A DNA stretch of 64,000 nt from Escherichia phage MN05. The notes under the pieces are model-generated. The model saw nothing but the letters and a program-made list of their open reading frames with translations, was not told the origin of the DNA and made no database searches. The DNA is taken from the sequence record NC_070987.1. The stretch is one strand, 5' to 3'. Of this stretch, positions 40,392-49,878 are shown piece by piece (the first letter of the stretch is position 1; each line of letters starts with the position of its first letter). Made by a program: the position numbers and the translations under genes.

Positions 40392-41495
40392 TTACAGCGC
40401 TTGCTCTAACTGATTTTCCAGATGGTCTGGAATGTACCCTGTGATATTGCTATCACTGTGACCTGACTCACGTAGTAAGTCAAAAATAGCACGGATACGC
40501 TGTTCTGGAGCGTGTCTTACTTGAGATAGGTCTGCTGTACGAAGCATAACCAGAATCTCTTGGTACAAATTGTTAGCGTTCCCTCGGACATATCCAAGGA
40601 ATCCGTAGAAGTCTGACATATGACGTAAGTCAACAAGAACATCTCCGTTGGAGTTAGTTCTACGTAAACGAATACGACCAGACTGTTCTACTTCATGAGA
40701 ACGGCAATACAAAACATCACGGGCCATACAATACCCTGAATGCAAATCAGATTCATCCAGATTGTAATCTAGAGGAAGATAAGGAAGCATTGGGGCGAAT
40801 CGTACAGTATTTAAATGCTCAACAAACTGATCGTTGCTCATATCTGCGTTATCTAAAGCCAGCTTCTTCAACATCAAGAAGCGGTTAACCAGATTGAGAA
40901 GTTGACCACGTTTCCACTTAGGCTCACTGATACGGAACTCAATTGAACCGTATTGGGCAAGTGGCAGAAGGTTCAGGGATGTATACTTATCCCATGAACG
41001 AACCAGACGGTTGAAGAACTCTTCGTCGTCGTAGTTAAATGCGTCAGAGGCATTCATTACCTGTGCTTGTACCACTGCAAAAGCAGGGCAGAAGTTGCTA
41101 CGGTAACGATGGTAGCCTGAACACTTGAACAACATCTTTTCATAGAAGGTCCAAGCGAGAATGGTTTTCTTGAGGATATTACTATCAGCATCCCTCATAT
41201 CCATATGAACGTGAGTAGAGCAACGCCAAGTCCCCTCGGCGTGCGATTCAGCTACTGCTTCACTCAGGTTGTTGATAGCGTCTAACAACTCCTGTCCGTT
41301 GTAAGGCCGTGAACATACCATTTCACAACCATTACGCAGGGAACCATCCTCTGTACAATCCCACATATCTGCTTCAATATGATCGGAACCTTCGAGTTCA
41401 AGTTCAATACCGACACCGCACTGAAGTGCAATTGAACTATGCGCCTCAGTTAAACGACCTTCTCGATATCCAAAAGTTTGCGCTACAGTTGTCAT
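40392..41495 (-). CDS. Putative carboxylate-amine ligase (GCS2 / glutamine-synthetase-like amidoligase fold)
   Basis: N-terminal GIELELEG and downstream EDGSL...STHVH resemble the metal-binding strands of this fold; start overlaps the upstream stop (ATGA). Confidence 0.4.
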   Translation of the reverse strand: MTTVAQTFGYREGRLTEAHSSIALQCGVGIELELEGSDHIEADMWDCTEDGSLRNGCEMVCSRPYNGQELLDAINNLSEAVAESHAEGTWRCSTHVHMDMRDADSNILKKTILAWTFYEKMLFKCSGYHRYRSNFCPAFAVVQAQVMNASDAFNYDDEEFFNRLVRSWDKYTSLNLLPLAQYGSIEFRISEPKWKRGQLLNLVNRFLMLKKLALDNADMSNDQFVEHLNTVRFAPMLPYLPLDYNLDESDLHSGYCMARDVLYCRSHEVEQSGRIRLRRTNSNGDVLVDLRHMSDFYGFLGYVRGNANNLYQEILVMLRTADLSQVRHAPEQRIRAIFDLLRESGHSDSNITGYIPDHLENQLEQAL

Positions 41496-42109
41496 AACGA
41501 ATCCACCAACGTAATATTGTAATTGCTAAGGTTTTCAGAAATGTGATGAAAGTGTTCCAGAAGTCGCATCGGTTGCTGACCGTAAGAGTCACGAGGCGCT
41601 TCCAGATCTACTTGTCCTACCAGTGCACCTTTATAATGCACCTTACCATCCGTAGGGTTGATGTAAATATAACGAGTAACCAATCCTTCGAATTCAGGAT
41701 TGAACAGACTATAAACCATCTCCCCGGAGATAGCACGACCAACACCCGGAGCATTTCGAATCTTATTACCCATTAAACCCTTTGCTCTCTGACGAACAGG
41801 GTTAATATGAGTCCAGCTTACAGTGTTACCGTTATGGAACAGATAACCAACATCAGGTGATTCAAGAATCAAGGTTGGGTCGAACACTGGAATACTTATC
41901 GTAGTGTTTCGAAGATACCCTTGCTCGTTCTTGTACCACTGCTCTACAACAAAGTACAGGGCCTGCTCTGCTTCGTGAGAGAAGTCATCACTGCGGAAGT
42001 TACCGCTCTGCTCAACACCAATCACAAAACACGGAAGGTTAATATTACCTGCTCGTTTAGCAATCCATGTACCATTATAGTAATGAGAAAAATCAGCTAC
42101 TAAGCTCAC
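41492..42109 (-). CDS. Hypothetical protein (module-associated)
   Basis: Track ORF; translationally coupled to the flanking genes. Confidence 0.45.
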   Translation of the reverse strand: MSLVADFSHYYNGTWIAKRAGNINLPCFVIGVEQSGNFRSDDFSHEAEQALYFVVEQWYKNEQGYLRNTTISIPVFDPTLILESPDVGYLFHNGNTVSWTHINPVRQRAKGLMGNKIRNAPGVGRAISGEMVYSLFNPEFEGLVTRYIYINPTDGKVHYKGALVGQVDLEAPRDSYGQQPMRLLEHFHHISENLSNYNITLVDSL

Positions 42110-42118
42110 GATAACCTC

Positions 42119-42925
42119 TTATGCTACCTGAAGGAGTTTGATCTGCTGGTCCGCTTCTTTAACGTTGTTACCGTTAATGATTTCATGAAGCTTCTCAATT
42201 GGAAGGCGAGAGTGCAATGCCATCAGAGTGGACATGTCACACTGCTGAACAACCTTGTCAACCTGATCGTAAACAAACTTACGATTTTCACGATCACTAA
42301 TCCAGAAGTTAGACAGCGAACGATATTCGATACCGTAGTCCTTATAACGGATTGCAGACGCTTTGCCATAAAGCTCTTTACGGCGAGTATCTTTGTCCAT
42401 AATTACTGCTGGGAGAGACAGGAAATAGTCACACAGCACACCAAGCATCATCTGAGTTTGCAGAGTGATATCCAAAGCACCAACCACTCCAAGATGTACG
42501 TGACCACCGGCAGTACGAAGCCCTTTATTCTGAGAAGTCGGGGATGGGTTCTTCTGACCAGTGAAAGCGTTGAAATCAGGAGTACATCCGAAGATGAACG
42601 CTGATTCGTTGAAAGTCTTCATCTCTTCTTCAGTGAAGATATGAGAGCTAACACCCGGAGCTGTTTCCATGTCCAGTTTGTTCAGGACATTATTGGTAAG
42701 ATCAATACCACGTTGCATGTTATCGTTAAACGCTTCAAAACCGCTCTGTGGGTCAATATCAAACTCAGCCAGTACATTGTCCTCTTGAAGACGAACATCC
42801 TTAGCCAGAGTGATCTTATCGTCCTTAGAACAACCTAACAGACCAGCCACAGAGGTGATGATGCCATTGCTGGTACGAACGAACATCTCGGGATCGCTCC
42901 CAATAAGGAATTTGCGCTTAGTCAT
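42119..42925 (-). CDS. Hypothetical protein; possible second amidoligase-like enzyme
   Basis: N-terminal FLIGSDPE and later GGHVHLG loosely echo the motifs of 40392..41495. Confidence 0.4.
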   Translation of the reverse strand: MTKRKFLIGSDPEMFVRTSNGIITSVAGLLGCSKDDKITLAKDVRLQEDNVLAEFDIDPQSGFEAFNDNMQRGIDLTNNVLNKLDMETAPGVSSHIFTEEEMKTFNESAFIFGCTPDFNAFTGQKNPSPTSQNKGLRTAGGHVHLGVVGALDITLQTQMMLGVLCDYFLSLPAVIMDKDTRRKELYGKASAIRYKDYGIEYRSLSNFWISDRENRKFVYDQVDKVVQQCDMSTLMALHSRLPIEKLHEIINGNNVKEADQQIKLLQVA

Positions 42926-43889
42926 TGTAATACTCCACTAGTTCAGAAAAGAGAGATGAGATTGTGTTACCAACTTCTTCAGTAGTAAGGCCAGAGCTTG
43001 GGCCAGTACGCTGAATTAGTCGGGCTGTAAAGTTTTGTACTGTAATGTTTTCCAACTTATTGTCTATTGCTTCACGTTTGTGACCATGACAGTTGGACCA
43101 GAGTCTTAACCACTCTGACATTGTTTCATACTCGTCCGGGTCTTGATCTTTAGCACGAGCAAATCTTCGTAAGGCATCTTGGTTATGGTTACGAACATAA
43201 CCATTCTCGTTGTCGCCAACACCGAAGAGGTTTTGAACCCATACTTGCTTCGTGTATTCATCAGAGTCTACAACCAAAGGAAGGAAGGCTGCTGCTGACA
43301 TATTATTGTTGACAACAATAGATGTGCTCTCACTACTCCCATTGGCCCTTCCTCGTTGAGACCACCCACCGAAGAAGTCACGACCCAACCCAGCTAACAC
43401 TAGAGCGATACCGATGCGTTTACGCTTCAGCCACTCTTCCCTGTCTTCAATTCCTTCTGCTAGGAAATCCATTCCACGATATTGCCCTTCCAGAATACTA
43501 CGAAAGAGCATAAGTCCTGTGAAGATCTGATCTGCTGGATGCTCACGAAGGTTGACAGCAACACTATTCGCTGAAGTGATCGTAAATACGTCACGATAGC
43601 AAGACATGGAGTTCATAATGTCTGCTGTTTCAACCAAGTTCTTTTCAATATCAGATGCAACATGACCATGAAAAGAGTGAGTCCAGTAATTCAACATCTC
43701 CAGTTGCAAGTTGATATCACGGTTGAAGCGACGATAGCGCCCCTCTTCCGTGATAACTTCACCATTAATGTCATTTACACACTGGCCTTGCATGTAGTTG
43801 TGGATACCGAAGCACCCACGACCTAAGAACTTCTGTTCCCCTAAATCCTGTTGAAGATTAAGAGGTACGATCGTTGTGGAGATTGACAT
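42918..43889 (-). CDS. Hypothetical protein
   Basis: Track ORF. Confidence 0.45.
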   Translation of the reverse strand: MSISTTIVPLNLQQDLGEQKFLGRGCFGIHNYMQGQCVNDINGEVITEEGRYRRFNRDINLQLEMLNYWTHSFHGHVASDIEKNLVETADIMNSMSCYRDVFTITSANSVAVNLREHPADQIFTGLMLFRSILEGQYRGMDFLAEGIEDREEWLKRKRIGIALVLAGLGRDFFGGWSQRGRANGSSESTSIVVNNNMSAAAFLPLVVDSDEYTKQVWVQNLFGVGDNENGYVRNHNQDALRRFARAKDQDPDEYETMSEWLRLWSNCHGHKREAIDNKLENITVQNFTARLIQRTGPSSGLTTEEVGNTISSLFSELVEYYND

Positions 43890-43899
43890 AACTAACCTT

Positions 43900-45096
43900 T
43901 TATTTTCCTAAAAATAATCCGCTCATAATACCATCCCACTCAGAGGATGGAATCACTGAATACACTGAACTTTGGTCCAGAGTTCCACTACTAAATCGTT
44001 GAACGATGTTATAGATGTTGAACAGATCTTTAGTCTCAGCACGAATGCCGTAGATTAGACTATTAGCTGTTCTTTCATCTTTAGACACTCGACGGGTAAA
44101 GTTAATCAGAAGGTTGTCACATTTCAGGATTTCTGATTCACTCTCTACTAAGTCGGGGTGCATCACCGGCAAGAACATCGAGTTATTAACTCGTAATTCT
44201 GCTGTTTCATCATTCTCATAATGAATCCACTTAAAATCTTCATCACGGAAATGACCACACCCATCTCTATATGACTGTTGACGCCAAGGCACTTGAAATG
44301 CTTCAGCATACTTATTAGCCATGCCAACTGTAAACAGCGACGCTGGGAAGATACAAGCATCCCAATCATTACCAACCAGAGTTGCTTTCGTTTCCCCTAA
44401 GAGGTTAGTGTAAGTGCTAACCATTCGTGAGTAAACATAAGCCTGAAGGATTGTCCAGCCTTCAACCAACCATTTATGGAGGAAGGTTTCAACTTGACTC
44501 TCTTCATCTTCACAATAGAAGGTTCGGTCTAACATCAAATAGAACAGACAACGATCAGCAGGGATATTCTCAGTTGCTACCCCCATAAAACCTTTATCGT
44601 GCCAGCGTAAACAGGAGGGACGATCTTTGTCCACAAATGCTTCCATAGCTTCCAGTACAGCACGAGGTGTGGTTCGATGCTCAGGGTTTTTGTCGTTCCA
44701 ACGTTCGATGTTGTTCTTAGGGGGCGTGTCTTCATCTTCATACGAACACCAACTTAAAGCTTCAGCTACATGCTTTTCATCACGCCAACGTCTAAAACCT
44801 AACATCTTCATATGAGTTCCAGAGTTCCAGATATGCTTGATTTTACACATATCCATCTCTCGGCTTAACAGGAACTCTTCCCCATCAGCACTACGAACGT
44901 TAGCTTCTTCATGCCACACTCGAACGTGCATATTCCATCCATGAGTTGCCTCATACATGTTAGGGTCGAAGTAGTCATCATCTTCGTCGTCTTCATCAAC
45001 GCCACCATTATAGTTGCGAAGCTGAAGGAACCCATAACAAGGAGGACTAACCGTTAAAACATTACCTTCAGTATCTTCTAATGTTACTGGAAACAT
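43900..45096 (-). CDS. Hypothetical protein (398 aa)
   Basis: Track ORF. Confidence 0.45.
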   Translation of the reverse strand: MFPVTLEDTEGNVLTVSPPCYGFLQLRNYNGGVDEDDEDDDYFDPNMYEATHGWNMHVRVWHEEANVRSADGEEFLLSREMDMCKIKHIWNSGTHMKMLGFRRWRDEKHVAEALSWCSYEDEDTPPKNNIERWNDKNPEHRTTPRAVLEAMEAFVDKDRPSCLRWHDKGFMGVATENIPADRCLFYLMLDRTFYCEDEESQVETFLHKWLVEGWTILQAYVYSRMVSTYTNLLGETKATLVGNDWDACIFPASLFTVGMANKYAEAFQVPWRQQSYRDGCGHFRDEDFKWIHYENDETAELRVNNSMFLPVMHPDLVESESEILKCDNLLINFTRRVSKDERTANSLIYGIRAETKDLFNIYNIVQRFSSGTLDQSSVYSVIPSSEWDGIMSGLFLGK

Positions 45097-45107
45097 TATA
45101 CCAACCT

Positions 45108-45470
45108 CTATTGGTTTTTAATCAACTCAATCGATTTACGGATATAAAGAATATCTCGGAAGTTTCGATAGTTGTTCATAAATTGATGCTTCTGGAACTC
45201 AGCTTCTTCCAGAGCTTTCTTTGCATCTGCGTAGTTTTTACGGGCAAGATGTACAACCCGCTCTGGTAACACATTTGCACGACGGATGATATACTTGTGA
45301 GCTTTCATGTTGCTTTGCTCACGAGAAATCTTACCTTTAGCAACTTTGATACCATTTGCAATCCAAGCAAGTTCTTGCTCAAGATCCTCGTTGGACATTC
45401 CACCGAGATTTGATGCAACCTTGTTCAGAGTTTCAATATTAACGTTGCCCTTGATGGGACGTGTATTCAT
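45108..45470 (-). CDS. Hypothetical protein
   Basis: Track ORF. Confidence 0.45.
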   Translation of the reverse strand: MNTRPIKGNVNIETLNKVASNLGGMSNEDLEQELAWIANGIKVAKGKISREQSNMKAHKYIIRRANVLPERVVHLARKNYADAKKALEEAEFQKHQFMNNYRNFRDILYIRKSIELIKNQ

Positions 45471-45472
45471 AC

Positions 45473-45625
45473 TTACTCCTGTTGTTTACACTCGTCAATA
45501 ACCCACTGATAAGTGGATTGCCCAGAAAAGAAACACTGAATAAATCCAGATGTTCTCTGCGTTACCAGTGCTAGTGCACAAATCACTACCGCTGCTGCTA
45601 GCAGTTTTAAATCTAATTTAGACAT
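45473..45625 (-). CDS. Small membrane / secreted peptide (50 aa, below the track cutoff)
   Basis: SD GAGAGG upstream of the ATG; hydrophobic N-terminus; ends 2 nt before the next start. Confidence 0.35.
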   Translation of the reverse strand: MSKLDLKLLAAAVVICALALVTQRTSGFIQCFFSGQSTYQWVIDECKQQE

Positions 45626-45739
45626 ATTTCCTCTCATTGAATTTAAAAAAGGACTCTCCGAAAAGAGCCAAGCTTTAAATCCAAAAAAAAGATATTACCC
45701 AATATCTGTGGATAACCTGCTCTTAAAATATCTATCCGA

Positions 45740-45853
45740 CGGATGTTTGAGGAACACTCCTCGCCCTAGCATCGGCCCCATACGGGAAATATATTAAGAT
45801 TAGGTTAGTTGAGTCAGAATAACTCACATAGCCCTCCGGAGGGAAGGCTATAG
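45740..45853. repeat. Conserved bipartite intergenic element, copy A
   Basis: Block CGGATGTTTGAGGAAC..CCCTAGC and hairpin block CTCACATAGCCCT...GGCTATAG; second copy at 52125..52228. Confidence 0.45.
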
Positions 45854-45865
45854 GCGTTACTACAA

Positions 45866-46081
45866 CTAAAAATCACTTGATTTTACAAAACCATCACTAA
45901 GAATTTCGTCAATTTCTTTGTTAGTCAAATCTTTCCTGAACCAACAACAAGGTACATCCACCCATTGACCAGAGTTGTTTTCTACAGAGCATCTATTGCC
46001 TGTCTTACTCTTGCACTTATAGGTTTTACCTTTGTCTAGACGATAGTGTATTCTGTGAACGATCGACACAAGCGTTATCAT
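45866..46081 (-). CDS. Hypothetical protein
   Basis: Track ORF. Confidence 0.4.
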   Translation of the reverse strand: MITLVSIVHRIHYRLDKGKTYKCKSKTGNRCSVENNSGQWVDVPCCWFRKDLTNKEIDEILSDGFVKSSDF

Positions 46082-46314
46082 TACTCGCCTTTCTTAGCAC
46101 GATCTTTGGCAGTTTTGCCAGTGCGGATACGATGGGAAACGTTAACCAGAGTGCCACCATCAATTACGGTAACGCTCTTGTTTTTAGCCAGATCAAACAC
46201 AGTCTTCTCTGTGCCACCCAAGCGAATTTGCTTAGGCTCACTGAAGGTTTGGGTTGATTTGGATTGGAACTGGAACGGTTGACGGATTGCATCAATTGCA
46301 CTTACTTTAGACAT
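46081..46314 (-). CDS. Hypothetical protein
   Basis: Track ORF. Confidence 0.45.
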   Translation of the reverse strand: MSKVSAIDAIRQPFQFQSKSTQTFSEPKQIRLGGTEKTVFDLAKNKSVTVIDGGTLVNVSHRIRTGKTAKDRAKKGE

Positions 46315-46420
46315 AGGGGAAATTCCTTAAAAAGTCATGGCTGCGTAGAGGGAATTCCCTACGCAAATTGGGCCGCCCACAGAGAGGCGTCATAGTACTA
46401 AAAGGAGGAGAGAAGAGGGC

Positions 46421-46537
46421 TTATTTAGCTACCTTTTTCTGTCCGTTTACGAACCAGATAATTGAACCATCAGGCTGTCGTTGACCGAAGCCTTTCTGGT
46501 TAATCATATCGTAATAAGAATATGCTTTGATTCTCAT
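46421..46537 (-). CDS. Hypothetical small protein (38 aa)
   Basis: SD AGGAAA; stop lies just upstream of the repeated motif GCGTCATAGTACTAAAA. Confidence 0.3.
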   Translation of the reverse strand: MRIKAYSYYDMINQKGFGQRQPDGSIIWFVNGQKKVAK

Positions 46538-46545
46538 TTGTTTTC

Positions 46546-46788
46546 CTATGGAGTTAAGATAATTTCAGCCTTACTAAACTTCTCACCAACTTCAAGAGTA
46601 TCAGCAACAGGACGGGGCACACCTGTACCCAAACAAACAGCCCTTCGATACCCTCCAGTCACAGGCATCATCAAATAGATGATCTGATTATCATCTTCTT
46701 TTAAAGTGAAGATATCAGCGATCGCTAGATCTTTAACAAAGAGTTTCTTTTCTTCTTCATGATGAACTTTGATATGTATTGTGCTCAT
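46546..46788 (-). CDS. Small protein, family A (G-x-hF / Y-hhh motif)
   Basis: ~80 aa with the shared motif pattern; tandem array. Confidence 0.45.
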   Translation of the reverse strand: MSTIHIKVHHEEEKKLFVKDLAIADIFTLKEDDNQIIYLMMPVTGGYRRAVCLGTGVPRPVADTLEVGEKFSKAEIILTP

Positions 46789-46790
46789 AC

Positions 46791-47036
46791 CTACTCCTGA
46801 ACCACTGACATACGAATCATTTCTACCTGATCATCAAGACCTTTAACAGATAATACACCTGTGGAAAGGTTTACCACAGGAACCCAACCACTGGCTATAC
46901 GGATGTTACCAGAAGCATTTTCAACCCTCATGTAATACTGAGGAGAGGCACTTCCGTTCTGAACCACGAAAGGGTTTCCGGGAATGATTGTTTCCAATCG
47001 TACCGTATTATCCTTTTTCTTTGGGATGATTTTCAT
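46791..47036 (-). CDS. Small protein, family A
   Basis: PGNPFVV...YYMRVEN...NLSTG. Confidence 0.5.
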   Translation of the reverse strand: MKIIPKKKDNTVRLETIIPGNPFVVQNGSASPQYYMRVENASGNIRIASGWVPVVNLSTGVLSVKGLDDQVEMIRMSVVQE

Positions 47037-47275
47037 TAGCCACCACTCACTAAAAGTTCAGCTGATACAGGGACAACTTGGCACGTAGAATCTGGTGCTG
47101 TTACAAGCCCGTCATGTAGACGAAGGGCTAGGGTACGTCCACTATTTACAGACACGTTGGGTGTGCCGTGAACAAAACCTTTAACATAAAGTGTGTCACT
47201 ATCTGGGTGCTTAAACACGGTCCCATTTTCTAAGGATTCAAGTGGGACACGATCAACTCTCTTTGTAATCTTCAT
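47036..47275 (-). CDS. Small protein, family A
   Basis: NGTVFKH...LYVKGF...NVSVNSG. Confidence 0.5.
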   Translation of the reverse strand: MKITKRVDRVPLESLENGTVFKHPDSDTLYVKGFVHGTPNVSVNSGRTLALRLHDGLVTAPDSTCQVVPVSAELLVSGG

Positions 47276-47283
47276 ATTGATTC

Positions 47284-47595
47284 CTATTTAAGTTTTAGAC
47301 TAATATTAAGGTGCATACATGCCCTGTTCTGTACAGCAGCATAACTTCTACCGAGCATGTCAGCCATTCTCTGAATAGACATGAACCCAGCATTACGGAT
47401 AAGGAACTGATCTTCTTCTTCAGACCATTTAACTCGGATTGAAGCTCTTGATATTCCGAATTTAGTGCAAGCTGTGTTAACAGCATTCTCCGTTACATTC
47501 ATAATCTGAGCAACTTCTTGAACCGAGTACTCTTTGATTAGTCTCCGAAGATTTTCAATCTGCATCGGAGTCCATATAGTTCTTCGTGCTTTCAT
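47284..47595 (-). CDS. Myb/SANT-like DNA-binding protein (two repeats)
   Basis: W..MQIENL...VAQIM and WSEEEDQFL...MADMLGRSYAAVQNRA repeats. Confidence 0.45.
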   Translation of the reverse strand: MKARRTIWTPMQIENLRRLIKEYSVQEVAQIMNVTENAVNTACTKFGISRASIRVKWSEEEDQFLIRNAGFMSIQRMADMLGRSYAAVQNRACMHLNISLKLK

Positions 47596-47949
47596 ACATC
47601 CTCCAATTAATTGTTAAAGCTATCAGGGGAGCACACTAGCTCTGGGCCACGCTGTAGATATCGGCCTGCCTTCCACAGCTAATCAGCTAATGTACTCTCC
47701 TAATAGTTTATGAATAGGGGGAGGGGACGAATCCTCCCATATCCTATTAATTAATATTGCATGTAAGATCTAACAATCGGTTGCCTTTGTAGGAATAAGC
47801 GTAAAGCCAATCCAGCACTAAACTCCCGCCCCCTTAGTGGGCTGGGTTATTAAAGGGTAACGCCCTTATGGGCTAGTTACATGAATGTTAGTTTGATAGG
47901 AGATCTGAAGTCCTATCTCAAAGGACTCTCGTAAGAATCCTTCACGATA

Positions 47950-48207
47950 TTACTTAAAGATAAAATGTATAACTGCATCATATGCTTTAGACAGAAGCCA
48001 ACCTATCGGATAACAAACTCCTGCCAATATTGAGATAGGCCACAACACAATTAAGATCACAACCATCATCTCATCAGGTTCAGAGCTGGTGGATCCTGTT
48101 GTAATGACCCCTTTTAGTAGACCTTTCTTGTATAGCAGTTTCAGCACTAAAACAGAAAGGAATACTCCAATAAAGTAAACTGAGATAAAAATATCAAGTA
48201 AACCCAT
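47950..48207 (-). CDS. Small membrane protein, pair F (1 of 2)
   Basis: Two predicted transmembrane segments; shared LWPI motif. Confidence 0.45.
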   Translation of the reverse strand: MGLLDIFISVYFIGVFLSVLVLKLLYKKGLLKGVITTGSTSSEPDEMMVVILIVLWPISILAGVCYPIGWLLSKAYDAVIHFIFK

Positions 48208-48218
48208 TTAATCGTCTC

Positions 48219-48350
48219 TTACTTATTCATCTCTCGTCGGCTGTCTCTCCAAGCCAACCAAGTGTAGGTTTTCAGTTCTTCAAAGTCTTCTGGAGAGAAG
48301 AGATAATCTTTGAAGGTGTTTCCAAACCACTCTAAAAATTCTTTAGTCAT
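48219..48350 (-). CDS. Hypothetical small protein (43 aa)
   Basis: ATGA overlap with the upstream stop. Confidence 0.3.
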   Translation of the reverse strand: MTKEFLEWFGNTFKDYLFSPEDFEELKTYTWLAWRDSRREMNK

Positions 48351-48592
48351 GAGTCCTCATACTTTTTGTTAGGAAGGATGAAATCCCAAAGAGCAGCCCA
48401 TACTGCGAGAGATATAAACAGTACAGCAATGATAGGCCATAGGAAAACCATGGCTGCTATCTTTCCAAGGTCTGCTTCACCTCTCCAGTTTCTAAAGCAT
48501 TCATCACCTTTAACATCTATAACCTTAATAAGTACTCCTGATAATACCATACCTATCAGATATACTATTAACACACTAACAAGACTGATCAC
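48347..48592 (-). CDS. Small membrane protein, pair F (2 of 2)
   Basis: Paralog of 47950..48207. Confidence 0.45.
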   Translation of the reverse strand: MISLVSVLIVYLIGMVLSGVLIKVIDVKGDECFRNWRGEADLGKIAAMVFLWPIIAVLFISLAVWAALWDFILPNKKYEDS

Positions 48593-48791
48593 AAGGTTGA
48601 TCTCCGCATGTTTTACAGATCACTGGTGAGTAACTACAGGCAGGATATACTGACACTCCATCCCACGTCTCACACCCACAGTCAGGACATGTACCATTAG
48701 AAGTCATGTCATCATCGTCACACACATCACCGCCACCAAAACAACTCATATGAACTCCCCTATTAATTGAGAATCCAACTGCCATTCTCAT
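48576..48791 (-). CDS. Cys-rich small protein (start uncertain)
   Basis: Track ORF; CPDCGC...CKTCGD clusters. Confidence 0.35.
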   Translation of the reverse strand: MRMAVGFSINRGVHMSCFGGGDVCDDDDMTSNGTCPDCGCETWDGVSVYPACSYSPVICKTCGDQPCDQSC

Positions 48792-48911
48792 CTATGAATG
48801 AAATCCAATCCCCTACACTCCACTTTGTAGTATCCCCTTTAGGGGATTCTCGGAGAGTGTACATTCCATTTCGAAAAAGCATTCGTTTAAGTTTCACTTA
48901 AGTTAAACTCC

Positions 48912-49133
48912 TTAGTAAACTAAACCTACAACCTTTGCATTAGCTTGAGGGGTGACTTCAGCGGCTGGACGAAATCCGTCAACAACACCGTTGCAGATGT
49001 TGATGCAAGTGATATACCCTCCAACCTCTTGGTCGCCTTTAATCCAAAAACCATCTCTATGTCTAAAAGCACTTCCGCTTAGGAGTGTAGACAGAGGAAC
49101 TACTGGGAGTGTTTGCTTAGCTTCAACCAACAT
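48912..49133 (-). CDS. Small protein, family A
   Basis: SGSAFRHRDGFWIKG...NICNG. Confidence 0.45.
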   Translation of the reverse strand: MLVEAKQTLPVVPLSTLLSGSAFRHRDGFWIKGDQEVGGYITCINICNGVVDGFRPAAEVTPQANAKVVGLVY

Positions 49134-49140
49134 AATAACC

Positions 49141-49395
49141 TCAATTATCGTAGCATGTATTCCAATACATGTAGTTAATGTACGTTCTCGGTTTGATTCC
49201 GTACATGATGAAGTGAGTCTTCTTAATCCTTTCCTTCAGTGTGTAGTAAAGGCCATCGCTGAAGTTACCAATCTTTACTTGGAAGCGTAAAGAGCGAGCA
49301 TCCATTCGAAGCATAGAGATTAGCTGTACCCTACTACCCCCAGCCATCTCTTCCAGAAGCTTCTTTGTATTCCAATAATGAGCTGTCATACTCAC
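49141..49395 (-). CDS. Hypothetical protein
   Basis: Track ORF. Confidence 0.4.
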   Translation of the reverse strand: MSMTAHYWNTKKLLEEMAGGSRVQLISMLRMDARSLRFQVKIGNFSDGLYYTLKERIKKTHFIMYGIKPRTYINYMYWNTCYDN

Positions 49396-49396
49396 C

Positions 49397-49558
49397 TCAG
49401 CGTAGTAAGGTTACGGATGAAAGTTTACCTGTTGCACAGAGAATAACCTCTTTTACAGGGTATTCGTTTCCTGAAAGATCTTCAATATAGACAATAGCTT
49501 CTGGACCACAGTCAACAGATAGATTTTCAAGAGTTCTGATGAGTTCTTCAATAGTCAT
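49397..49558 (-). CDS. Hypothetical small protein (53 aa)
   Basis: ATG 1 nt after the upstream stop; ends 1 nt before the next start. Confidence 0.35.
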   Translation of the reverse strand: MTIEELIRTLENLSVDCGPEAIVYIEDLSGNEYPVKEVILCATGKLSSVTLLR

Positions 49559-49559
49559 A

Positions 49560-49859
49560 TCACCACTCCTTACCGGTTGTTGTTACAGAGCCACCACACC
49601 ACAACGCTGTATCAATCACAACATTGTCTGGAGTAGATTTCTCTTCGTTGATAGAAGGGTTAGCGTTAGAGCAGGTTGCTCCGTTCCAGCGCATATCAAT
49701 TTCACCAGAAGGAATCTTCTCACCTTTATGCCAGCGAGAAACACAAACACCTTCCACTGCTACTGCACACCACCCATCAGGACGGCTCTGTACGCAGCCT
49801 GTAATGGCCACACAGACAAGGAAGATACAGATTAAGGATATTACACCACCCCAACTCAT
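49560..49859 (-). CDS. Predicted lipoprotein
   Basis: Signal peptide with lipobox-like AITGC. Confidence 0.45.
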   Translation of the reverse strand: MSWGGVISLICIFLVCVAITGCVQSRPDGWCAVAVEGVCVSRWHKGEKIPSGEIDMRWNGATCSNANPSINEEKSTPDNVVIDTALWCGGSVTTTGKEW

Positions 49860-49878
49860 AACTATCTCCTACGTTGAT

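Noticed and set aside
42185-42604. 139-aa plus-strand ORF (and other plus-strand ORFs between 14.6 and 56.4 kb, for example 56027..56389 and 37194..37469)
   Set aside because: Antisense to tightly packed minus-strand genes with recognisable domains; no SD; composition typical of antisense frames.
43900-45096. ThyA-like hydroxymethylase, suggested by an N-terminal SPPCY
   Set aside because: The Cys lies at about residue 19 rather than mid-protein and the remaining ThyA motifs are absent.
45707-45715. Perfect DnaA-box 9-mer TTATCCACA (minus orientation)
   Set aside because: A single copy with no cluster; chance occurrence is expected in 64 kb.
47700-47760. Possible second tRNA or tRNA-like structure (GC-rich hairpin GGGAGG...CCTCCC)
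   Set aside because: No T-loop (TTCRANY) or cloverleaf could be built; it is only a hairpin.
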